Origin: Saccostrea echinata
Taxonomy: Eukaryota
Length of the DNA stretch: 64,000 nucleotides
Assembly (NCBI RefSeq): GCF_033153115.1
Contig: NW_026889756.1
Coordinates: forward strand, 4,092,001 to 4,156,000
Direction of reading: 5' to 3'
The notes beneath the pieces were generated by a model, which saw nothing but the letters and a program-made list of their open reading frames with translations, did no database searches and was not told the origin of the DNA. Every line of letters starts with the position of its first letter. Position 1 is the stretch's first letter. The position numbers and the translations under genes are program-made. This document shows, one piece after another, positions 1-11,900 of the stretch.

Positions 1-747
1 AAATTAACAATAGCAGCACGTCAAGGTAATTAAAGCAGATTTTATATCAATGCCAGATGACTTAACTATTCGAACACAATGTCTTATAGTTAGCACAACA
101 CATGCTACCTTACAAGTCACGTGACGGAATTAAGTACCCCCGGTATTCACAAAGTTACCTGAGGTACGAAATCACGTGGTGAATTATAATATTCAACATG
201 TCACAACCCTTGGTTACAACACAGAGAGCGAATGTACGAAGAAGCAGTTTTTTCTCTTTTTAACCATGAGCGCATGTTTGTCTATTAATCTCCTCTTGAC
301 ACATTATTATTTATGTAAATATACAACTACTGTTAAACGTAGAACAATAGAGAAAACATGCGCTGACTATGAATGATGTCAGTAAAAAAGTGGGCGTCCT
401 CATTATAGAACGGAAATTCAAGAAATAGTGATGACCCCTGCCTTTGAAAACAGATTCGAACTTCGTAAATACACACTTTTATTAAACGTAATTACATAAA
501 GTTGTTAGGTTGGATGTTGACCATTCTTGCAATGAAAAGAAAAATGCTTGTTTTGAAAGTTTATTTTGACGCAAATTTCGCATGTCCTTAAGTGCAGTCA
601 TCCTTTGATATTAACAAACAATTAGTATATTTATAGTAAGTCTAGGACAGACTATGTATATACAAATTACCATCCTGTTAAATTTGATATTAACAAACCA
701 TCAGTATATTTATAGTAAGTCTAGGACAGACTATGTATACAAATTAC

Positions 748-3700
748 CATCCTGAGTGCCCCATCCTTGACTTTTGGGACCAGAAACTTTTTATCTGCAA
801 AATCTGGAAGTAAAGATAACATTGTGGAGAACAGGAAACATAAACATCTTTTTTTTTTTGTTAACTAGAAATATGTTCATTGACATGAATGCCTCGCTCA
901 GGGTTCATTAGTAATGTAACATGAAAATTTGTATTAGTGTTTGAAGTTCGATGAAAATATCTTGTAAGTTGAATAGTTTCTCTAAAACTGAGTTTTATAC
1001 ACAATAAATTCATAGGTCATTGAGAGGATCAGGGCAAACAAAAAAAAAAAAAGAACATGTTAACTTTTTAATTTTTCACCAAATTAAGTATCTAACCTTA
1101 CACAAAACTATCTTGAATAGTTTCATTTAAACTGAGTTAAATGCAAATTTAAGGCAAGTGAGGTCAAGGTAAAGAAAATCTAATGCAGTTGAATAGCACT
1201 CACCAAATTGTATCAGCAAATGAAGTTTGATTAAAAAAATATATATATACATATCAATTTGTTTCTTAAAACTGACCTAAACACAAAATTGAGAAAAGTG
1301 AAGTCAAGGGAATAAGAAAGGTCAGGTTAAAAAATGTTGATGCAATTGATTAGCTTTCATCAATATGTATTTAAAGCATATGTAATTTGATAAAAATATC
1401 TTGAATAATTTCTTTGAAACTTAGCTAAACACAAATTTGAGGAAAGTGAGGCCAAGGTCAAAGGAAAGGTCACAAAGTCCAAAAATGTTGATGAAGTTGA
1501 ATATCTCTCACCAGTATGTACATGTATAAGCATAAAAGGTTTGATAAAAATATCTTGGTTTCTTTGAAACAGAGCTAAACATAAAGTGTGATGGAAGGAC
1601 AGACGGAAGGAAGACAGACATGATAAACACTATATGCCCCAGCCACACTCATTGCGGGGCATAAAAATTAAAATGTACTAAAAAATGAAGTCCATGGTTA
1701 CTGTACATGATAAATACATATTACAGTCAATAATAACTGGTCATTCACTTGATTTCCTATTAAAACCTGGTGAACTAGTAACAAAGATGTCAATAATTCC
1801 TGATATCGACCTGATGACCACTCACCTTGTTTCCATCCTGGGCTGGCATGCTTCCCTCCAAGAAAACTTGGTGTTACTTGGATACCATCATGTTGAAAGA
1901 TGTCTGGAACAGAGTCCAACTTACTCCTAAAAAAAGATTACGTACACCTTAAAAGATGTCTGGAACAGAGTCCAACTTACTCCTAAAAAAAGATTACACC
2001 TTATAATGAATAGATCAATGAAAGATGTCTGGAACAGAGTCCAACTTACTCCTAAAAAAAATAATTACACTTTAAACTGAAGAGATCAATGAATCAAAAT
2101 ATTAATCACAATCTGGTTTATTTCTGTAAACAGAACCAAGCTTTACTCATATAAACCGAATCAAGTTTTCTCAATACAAATGGAATCAAGCTTACTCACA
2201 CATTTCAATCAGAATCCAGTAAAGGCATATGTCAGAGTGTTATCCAGAGAATTAAGACAAACTTCTTTTTGTCATACATTACTTTGGCCCAAGAAGGAGC
2301 CCTGTTCAGGATAAGCACTAGTCCTGTTTATTTACACAATTTTTTGGGTAGATTTTACATGTAGTCCTGCTTACCTGTGACAGGTAACTGATGGTTAGAT
2401 TTAACCTGTTTACTTGTGACAGGTTTTTTTTTTTTTTGATAGATGTAAGTTCTATTGTTACCTGATGTTATATTAGTTTTGTTTACCTCTGATAGGTAAT
2501 TTTAGTTCTGTTAAGTACACCTGTGAGGTGTTACTGTAGAGGTAGATAATTGTTTTGTTTACCTGTGAGATATTTCTTTTTTTACCTTTGAGAGGTAGTA
2601 TCTGGATAACTAAACACCTGTCCTTTGTCTTGACGTTTACAAGCACTCAGCACAAGGCTACTCAGTCCAAAGTCCTCTGGTTTGGGTGTGCGGGGTCCAG
2701 GGAGGGGTTCCTCCTGGGGGGCTCCAGCAGGAACATTTTCTTTCTTTGGTGTTTTTCTGCAAGACCAAATGTACAGATAAACTAACATGTTATTCCTCTG
2801 TACATTTATTTGATTACTGTAAACCAACTTTTATTCGTGTACAAGAAATATTCGCAAGTTTTGCAAAGTACTCTAACTCGTGAATATTTATGGCTGCGAG
2901 AACCATTTATTTTGCTTTGTATTTGGTGAGAATGTTTCCTCAGTCGCGAAAAATTAATCGTCGCGGACTGATTTCAATTGGATGAATCGCAAATAAAAGA
3001 TGACGCGAATATTAGTTGGTTTACAGTGTCTTGTGTTGAAGCTCTCCTTACCTGTGAGAGGTTAGCACCTGTGTTTTCTCGGGACGTTTACAAGCACTCA
3101 GTGTTAGACTACTTAGTCCAAAATCCTCCGGTTTGGGGGTCCGGGGTCCTTCTGAAGGGGACTTCTCTTTCTTTGGTGTTTTCCTGCAATCATTTACACA
3201 TTAGATATATCCATAGCATTGCATCCTACCTGCAATTTTAATATGCCTCATTTTTCTCTTAAAAAAAAAAAAATGCTTTGAGTTGAAGACAAAAAAAAAG
3301 CTAATTTATAAAAGCTAATTTAGGTACTGTTGCATCAGGTCAAGCACTTCTGCATTAATCAATTTTATTGACGTATTAAAAAAGAAATAATTTCTCATTT
3401 TTCCAAGTTGAAAAGAAAATTGAGTTATGTCCCTTTTCATACATGGCTAATAGAAAGAACTTTAGTAGATACACAATATATATCCTGTAAAAATGGTATA
3501 ATTTATGAATTACCTTTTATAAAAATATTTGAAATAATTATTTTAAGTTGAGTACATATTGTAATTAATATAAGTGCACAAAAATGTAAGAATCAATTGA
3601 CATCATCATTTTGTTGAGTGGCAAAAAACCCCACCTGCTTCAACCCCTCCCCCCCCCCCCCCCCCCAAAAAAAAAAAAAAAAAACGAAAAGAAAAAACGC

Positions 3701-5525
3701 TGGCCAAATTTGGCCTGAGAAACTAAAGATTAATTTTTTATGGCCTGTCTGATAACATTTTTTTTTTTTTACAGTAAACAAGATTACAAAAACAGTCATA
3801 TGATTGATATGGATATACTAATTTCATTCATGTTAACGCACATAATTAAAACAACAGCACAAACACTGATTTATAAATTACAAAGTATAAAGATTCACCT
3901 TTTTTCAGCTGCTGTTATCTGGTCCTCGTTTGACTGGTTCTCTTCCTCTTCAACTGGTGTCTCCACTTTCTCTTCTTCCGTGGGTTTTACTTCTAAAACT
4001 AAAAAATACAACATAAAACATAATATGCTTCTTAAAAACACAGAAATTTATCACTAAACTGGATAAAAATTTATCTGAATAGTAAAGCAAATGTATGACT
4101 GAATAATTTTTTTTCTTCAAATTTTCTTTTCTTTTTTCTTTTACACCCCTGACTTGTGACAGTGAAACATCTTCTTAGTACTTACTATGCTACCAAGCAT
4201 ACATAAATCTTACTAAGGAAATTACTGAATTGTAATCTTTATTTTATGATGGGGCTTTGAGTCAGCAGAGAATACAACATTTTTTTTTCACATCTGGAGA
4301 ACCAAAATTTTGTTTAAAGTTGTCCTACTCCCTCTTAAAGTTAGGAAAGAATCGTTGATGTGAATTCTGATGCGGACTCTCTCTACTAAAGTAAGGACAG
4401 GGACTTTGATGTAAATTCTGATAGATCTGTACATATTCTGTTAAGTTACCTTTCTTTTGGTATCCATATTTAGCAAAATACTCCTCTGTTTTCTTAATTT
4501 TCTGCCTGTGGATCTCAAGATACTGAGTGGAAATTTTCAAAATCTTGTCAAACTCTTTTCCTTCACTCTCCAATGTGTACAAGAGTTCTTCCCCTTTACA
4601 CTTAAAACACAGAGATTTAGAACATGTAAAACAAAACTTTGGTATTAAGCTCATCTCAATGAATGTAAAGTATCACAGACTATTAACATGATTATTGAAG
4701 CAAAATCTCTTACCAAATGTGCAATATATTCAATTGTATTGAAATTAAATTTCATTACAACTTTACTTTACATCACACATCTGATATGAAAACAACTGAT
4801 AGCAAGACAGCAATAGTGAGCATTATCTCAGTCTATCCCAAAAGCACCGCTCCATTCACTATGATAAATCCGATGAAAATCGATTTGATCCAAGGGATTT
4901 ATCAACCTATTTTGGGAAACATCATTTTTAGGGAATTGGGAAAAAATTATCGGCTATTTAAAGAAATTGGGAAAATTAAAAAAATCTTGCTATCGTCATG
5001 CATTCAGTTGTGATTCATTTAACGTTTCAGCATGAACTCTAAGTTGGACAACCTCCAAGATCAATTATGAATAATAGTCTACTCTAGACTAATAAAACTA
5101 AATTTTAATAAAACCAACTTAGGGTAGTACATGTATGTATCATCCGATAATAAAGTTACAGTATTTGTTCCAAATGTCTTAATTCCTCTCAATTGCCGGG
5201 CACATGTAGATATGATCGATAACTAATTGTAACTTAGACATAATGAAGCAACTTTTTACGTCCCAGGGGCTTTGTTTTAGAGGTCCTTTACTTATCATTG
5301 ATCAAACACATGTAAAGCATGGAGAAGTTTGAAGAAAGTTTATAAAGTGTATATATGTACCTTCATTTCTTTTACATCTGACTTAAGATCAACAACTTTT
5401 TTCACTGCTGCAGCAGGACCCCGCTTGGAGTAGTTATTTTCTACTTCATCTGTGACGTCATGTAAACCACGGTCCACCATCCGTGCTAGCTGTTTCAGCT
5501 GCTTGAAGAAGGAATCACCATTCAT
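748..5525 (-). CDS. SKA3: Spindle and kinetochore-associated protein 3 (3'-partial; continues beyond window start)
   Basis: Phase-consistent GT-AG exons 5525-5361, 4600-4450, 3998(or 3992)-3899, 3183-3052, 2756-2586, 1926-1826, 803-748. Translation MNGDSFFKQLKQLA...DLKSDVKEMK...KIKKTEEYFAKYGY...PRTPKPEDFGL resembles human SKA3 as I recall it (SFCGKLRSLA, IREYFQKYGY, PRSPQLSDFGL). A non-coding first exon probably ends at 5741 (aca|gtaagt), with the acceptor before 5572. Confidence 0.8.
863..1667 (-). mobile_element. Non-autonomous Helentron-type element (HINE) in SKA3 intron
   Basis: 5' tttttatgccccgc...ggggcata stem, (GTCC/GTCT)n tract, degenerate ~125 bp internal repeats, 3' gcgaggcattcat...ttctagtt end. 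Confidence 0.7.
2817..3026. mobile_element. TA-flanked MITE between the duplicated SKA3 exons
   Basis: TIR ctgtaaaccaact...agttggtttacag; same family as 54619-54809. Confidence 0.85.
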
Positions 5526-5740
5526 ATTTGTATCTGGACTCTCCAGTGCTTCCTTGTGCTTGAGAGACAGACCTACAATTTACAATTTCTTTTTGATTGC
5601 TTTTTCTGCTCGTTTTCAATCATAAATTGATTAGCAGGAATTAATGATCTTTTATGAATTCCTTAATGTTACCTAAATATCCGTCTGAATATGGCTATAA
5701 TTTCAATGAACTTATTTTACTTTTTGCTTTGTTTACTTAC

Positions 5741-5994
5741 TGTTTAGCAAATGAAAATTTAAAATCGGCGCGCTTACTTTCATTAACTCGTACGAGTTTT
5801 ATTCTTATGATCATGATATTTATTTCAATTCAATTTCATCAACATAAAATTTAGGATTATAAAAAATCGAATGCATAACAATTTATATCATTGATCTATG
5901 ACAAATTAACTACATTGATATCTATATTAAAAAAAAATGTATATAGTTCGGGCTCGGGGTCCTCCTGTTCTAAAAATGAAAGTAGAGTTTCACA
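5741..5994. promoter_or_regulatory. Bidirectional promoter of SKA3 and the TPR-TM gene, with a CDE/CHR-like element
   Basis: Genes diverge across about 250 bp; the minus strand at 5773-5758 reads gcgcgc-cgat-tttaaa (GC box, 4 nt spacer, CHR variant); 14 bp palindrome aactcgtacgagtt at 5785-5798. Confidence 0.55.
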
Positions 5995-8900
5995 ATGACA
6001 GCAGAAGAGGTATGTTACAAAAAGTGATGCATTTTTCATCACATTCAATGTTTTAACTACAATTTGTCATGGAATAGACAACAGTTAGCTACTTTCTTCA
6101 AATAACGAATACTTTACAACATTAAGGAACTAATTTTGTGCGTCTGACCAAGTTTCATGATACCTTAAATATATTTGTTACAAGCTGACAATGCATTGTT
6201 GTCTATGCATCAACCAGAAACCATACTGTGATCGTGTATTGATTGCAGCACCTGTATGTTCGAACACACTAACAATTATGCTTGTTAAACAATAAATCAT
6301 CAAATCTGGTACAATCACTAATTTAGCTACGTAGCTTGAATTACCGACATAACTTTATAGATACCTGAAATAGCTTTATTTAGCTACTTAATCATACTTA
6401 TTTCTTAAATAAGCATTTTTCAGGATGTGTAGAAAATCACACTTTGATGCAGTGATTGTTTTCAACTTTGATCTGATCTGAAAACAATTCGTAAAAAAAA
6501 TAACTCTTAAACATGTTGAAGATGTGTTTCTTTCAGCACAATTGCAATCAAAGTTCTAAAAGTTTTGAGGCTATATACAACAATTCATTTGTGACCAACA
6601 GTTACTTCTTGAATGAAATAACACAGACCAGTTCTGGTTAAGATGATAATTGACAGGTAATAATTCAGAAAATGTGATGTACGTAATCATGAAAATAAAC
6701 AGCACAACATTAAATATGTTTATTTCAGATATAAAGTATCACTTTTAAAAGTCGGGTAAAAAACACCTAAGACAGGTGTTGGTCACATACCAACCCAAAT
6801 CTATATCCCACTAGCAATAGATTGGTGTTCAAAATTGATGCCTTAATATTATGACTTATATTTACATATACATTTTTTTTTGCTGTATTACAATATATAT
6901 TTGCAAGGTTACAATCTTTATCCCATGAAATGTATATTTTTTTTCAAAATTCAGTCATTGTAGTATATACACTGAATCTGTTTAACGCACTTTGGTCCTT
7001 TATGATGTCGGGGACAAATTACATCAACCGCGTTTACAACTTTTCAATGAAAATGTGGTCTTCTGACGAACCTGTATTAATTTATAAAGATATAGATATG
7101 TAACTTGAGAGGAGAAAAATGTGACGGACCAGACCAGGATTTGAACCCAGGCCCCCTGAATCTCAATCCATGTGCTCTACCAACTGAGCTAGCTGGCCAC
7201 CAGCGATCAAATCCGTTTGACCACCAGATATATATGCATTGCTCAATAGTGTTATATAAAGGAAAAATATTTTTAATAAATTATATTTTATAATCATTAT
7301 GGTGTTCATAAATGTGTTTGATTTACAATAATGGACTTTTTAGAAGGGAGACATCACAAGTTTTGAGGTCAGAGTAGGGTTGTCACCAGAGAGTGCTTGT
7401 GCCTGAGGGTGACAACCCTACTCAGACCTGATAATTTATGATGTCTCCCTTCTAAACAGTCCATAATCATGATAATGTTTTATTATCCTGAAGAATTTGA
7501 TAATGTTTTATTATCCTAAAGAATTTAAATTTAATAAAACAAGAGTATAAAATGTCAGTCAAACCTCTTGTTTCTCCTACCTACTGCTAGGATTCCATAT
7601 TTTCAAGACAACTGACGTCACTGTTAGAATTTATTGATCCAGCATATTATGTATCAATTATGTAAAATATTATAAATATGAGTTATCTCGATTACGACTC
7701 TTATTTTCATCTAAAGGGAGACAACACATGCAGTGTTGTCCCCCTGCATGCTTGCTTGCTTATTTCATTGTCATCTGAAGGAGGACAACACAGTTGTCAC
7801 CCTGCACATGAGGGAGACATCAGGAATTGTCTCCCCGCATGCTTTAAACCAATCAGATTGACTGTTTTATTCTGAAGGATAATAATGTTATTTAATTTTC
7901 ATGTTTTATGCATAGTGTTTTAATCTTTTAACTTAAGTTAAAGTTCAAATTATAAACCTTTTGGATTCAATTGCGATACTGCAAACATTTTGTTGACCTC
8001 CTGCAGGTTGAATCACTGAAGAACCAGGGCAATGAGTGTGTCCGGAAAGGTAATTTTGCGGAAGCCATCATCCATTACACCCACGCTGTCCAGAAAGATG
8101 CAAAGAACCACGTATTGTACAGTAACAGGTCACTAGCATTCTTAAAGATGCAGCAGTTTTACTATGCACTGGAGGATGCTAAAGAAACAATCAAACTTCA
8201 GCCATACTGGGCCAAGGTAATCAAAAGAGGGGTTGTAAGAAATTTTTTGTATTATTGCAACAAAACTACAAGAGAAAAAGAAACCCTAAGGTCCCTTTCA
8301 ATGCTTGAATGGTAAAAACTTAAATTTCAGAGTTTCAGTTGGAATGTATAATTGGCTTTACCTGATTTTTTTTTTTCAGGGGTACTTTAGGAAGGGAGAA
8401 GTGTTGTTTGCTGTTGGGAATCATGAGGCAGCCTTGTTGTCTTATGAGGTAAATTTATCTCCTAAAGCATACCGTATATACTCGCCTATAAGCCGGTTTT
8501 TTGGGAGTTAAACTTTGGTCCAAAAATCCCTGTCCGACTTATAGGCGAGTTATAAAAATATTGGTATTATAGCGGGTCAATCCCTTTAATGTAAGCTTAA
8601 AAAATAAAACTGACTTATAGGCGGACCGACTTATAGGCGAGTATATACGGTAATTCAGATTTCTACCCAGGGATGATGTGGATTAGTTAAATGTGTATGT
8701 ATATATATAATTATATATATATGTACATTTAATTGTTCCCAACATACAACTTTTTTTTCAATTGATTTTGTAGCAAGCATTTAAAATTGAACCTAATGAC
8801 AAAGGGATTACGGAGGCAATCAGTAAAACAAGGAGAGAGATGACAAAGGCAAGGAAAGGTATAGATTCTTTGTGTCTGATCTTAACACATTTTCTTTATT

Positions 8901-11900
8901 CTAAATTTTTTAATTCAGATGAGATTATTTCTTATACTGTAAAGCTGGAAACTTTTGTGTTGAAAGAAATTTTTGGACTTTTGTGATCAGATATACTTCA
9001 GTAGCCAAATTTTTTTTAATTTGCGAATATTCTTTATTAATAAATCTCAATAATGTGTTTGGCAGATATATTATTAATCTGTTTTCCTTATTTTTGCAAA
9101 ATTAATCACAACACAGAAGGTTTTATAAACAGAACTTGCAAACTCCAAGATTAAATTTCCATATTTACAGCAAATTGAATTTATACTTTTTATCACAAAT
9201 ATTTTAATTGTCGTAGATATTTAATTTGTTTGATTATTTCTTTTATGTCCCTTTAAAATTCACTTGCGATTCCACTAATTGCTGGAGGAAGGCTGCAAAT
9301 TTTAGACCTGTACTTGACAATTATGTGCCATTGAGCAGTGAAGGATCTTTTGAGTACCAGCATCTACTGAGACTCGATACGTTCGCTCTAACCATTATGT
9401 GTATAGGCCTACTTTTTATGAAAAAAAAAAGTGTACAGAGAAATGATGTGCAGTACATGTCAAATAATACAGACTTATCTTTTTTCTGGTTGCAGAGAAT
9501 GCGAGACGTCCGTGGATCTGGGGAGGAGGGGGAGTCTTACTGGGGGTGATAGTTGTATTCTGTGACCAGTGGCTGGCAGAGAAACCTGTTCTACAGGTAT
9601 AAAACATGATTATAAATATTAAAAATACACTTAGACATACAAAACGTGCTTATAAATATTAAAAATACACTTAGACATACAAAACATGCTAGGACATAGT
9701 CTGGTATGAATGTTTAAAAAATATGTTGACTTCATTGATGAACATTCTACTAGAAGAAAACAAGGAATTTAATATGTGATGAGAATAAAATCATGCTCTT
9801 TAATATGGTTATCTTTTTAATTATGACTGACACAATTTTTGACCAAAAGATGAAAATTTTAAAAAATTCAAACAAAGAGCTAGGTTCAGTTTATGCATAA
9901 AATGGCCCTGTCCTTATATCAATTAACTGACTATCACCCTCTGTCCCATTTCATATATCATAATAAAGTAGAGACCTAGTACTTTCATTTCCTATAACAA
10001 AATTTCTTTTTGAGAATCCAGGTATTGGAAAACAATCTTTGAGTAAATACAATGTTCTTGAATTTTGCAGAAAACATGCGTATTTGACTACGTTCAGCAA
10101 AGAATTAAAATATGAGCACAGCCCACGATCCAAAAATTAAAACATGTTTTGTGATCTTCTGAAAAAAAATCTCTCATTATGTAATTGCATATTTTGGATC
10201 AGAGGTTGTGCTCTATATGAAATATTGAAAAAAAAATACCTCAACTTTTGGCCATTTCTAAGGGAATTTACAGGATTTGGGGAAAATGAAGTCATAATGC
10301 ATTGACTAGAGAGAAAATTATGTCAACTCATTTTCAATAGATACACAGTCACCAAGGGTCCAAGTTATAAATACTGCATTTTCAACCAAAACTGAGCAGT
10401 TTTGATTTTTCAGAAATTCACAGGGCCAAAAAAGGCCTTAAGTGGCTCTTGCTCTTTAGTACATTAATAGCACACAGGGGGCTTACTTACAACATGCAAA
10501 TATTATACTATTCTATTATGTATATTTTCAAGTATTTTCTTTTTACATGTATCACTTAATGCTGTGCTCTTTCTCTTTTCTACCAAATGTATTTAAATTT
10601 TGTGTTTAAAGTGGCATATAGATCCAATGGGTCAAGGTTTTGTTTTTAACTGCTTAAAGTTTAATGCACACTTAATTATCACTCTAAATAGATAAATTAC
10701 CTTCTTACATACTGACCTCCTATAGTGTAGATCAAAATTTATGACAATTCATTAATTGAAGGAAATTTTGATATGAAAATGCAGTAATTTGTCAATTTTG
10801 AGTTGGGTGTATCTACCTTACCTTTTTATCTTCTTTTATCTATTTTTTTTTACTGTACCTGATACTACAGATTTTATTAGTAGCTGTGTTATTTTATTTG
10901 ACAGTACCTGATACTACAGATTTTATTAGTAGCTGTGTTATTATTTTTTGACAGTACCTGATACTACAGATTTTATTAGTAGCTGTTTTATTATTTTTTG
11001 ACAGTACCTGATACTACAGTTTAATTAGTAGCTGTGTTATTATTTTTGACAGTACCTGATACTACAGATTTTATTAGTAACTGTGTTATTATTTTTTGAC
11101 AGTACCTGATACTACAGATTTTATTAGTAGCCGTGTTATTATTTTTTGACAGTACCTGATACTACAGATTTTATTAGTAGCTGTGTTTTTATTTTTGACA
11201 GTACCTGATACTACAGATTTTGTTAGTAGCTGTGTTATTATTTTTTGACAGTACCTGATACTACAGATTTTGATAATAGCTGTATTATTATTTTTGACAG
11301 TACCTGATACTACAGATTTTGTTAGTTGCTATGTTATTATTTTTTGACAGTACCTGATACTACAGATTTTATTAGTAGCTGTTTTATTATTTTTGACAGT
11401 ACCTGATAATACAGTTTAATTAGTAGCTGTATTATTATTTTTGACAGTACCTGATACTACAGATTTTGATAATAGCTGTATTATTATTTTTGACAGTACC
11501 TGATACTACAGATTTTATTAGTAGCTGTGTTATTATTTTTGACAGTACCTGATACTACAGTTTAATTAGTAGCTGTTTTATTATTTTTGACAGTACCTGA
11601 TACTACAGATTTTATTAGTAGTTGTGTTATTATTTTTGACAGTATCTGATACTACAGATTTTTTTAGTCACTGTTTTATTATTTTTTGACAGTACCTGAT
11701 ACTACAGTTTAATTAGTAGCTGTATTATTATTTTTGACAGTACCTGATACTACAGGTTTTGTTAGTATCTGTGTTATTATTTTTTGACAGTACCTGATAC
11801 TACAGGTTTTATTAGTAGCTGTGTGTTATTATTTTTGACAGTGCCTGATACTACAGGTTTTATTAGTAGCTGTGTGTTATTATTTTTGACAGTACCTGAT

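Noticed and set aside
1-593. Kolobok-like MITE end (ccttaa) or a further SKA3 exon
   Set aside because: The other terminus is outside the window and I found no phase-0 exon with confidence.
5522-5783. Spliced uORF (ATG AAA|gtaagc at about 5778) ending on the SKA3 ATG
   Set aside because: The donor at 5740 is stronger and fits the CDE/CHR position; no support without transcript data.
7106-7201. Functional tRNA gene
   Set aside because: A and B boxes are present but the acceptor and anticodon stems are poor and there is a SINE-like extension.
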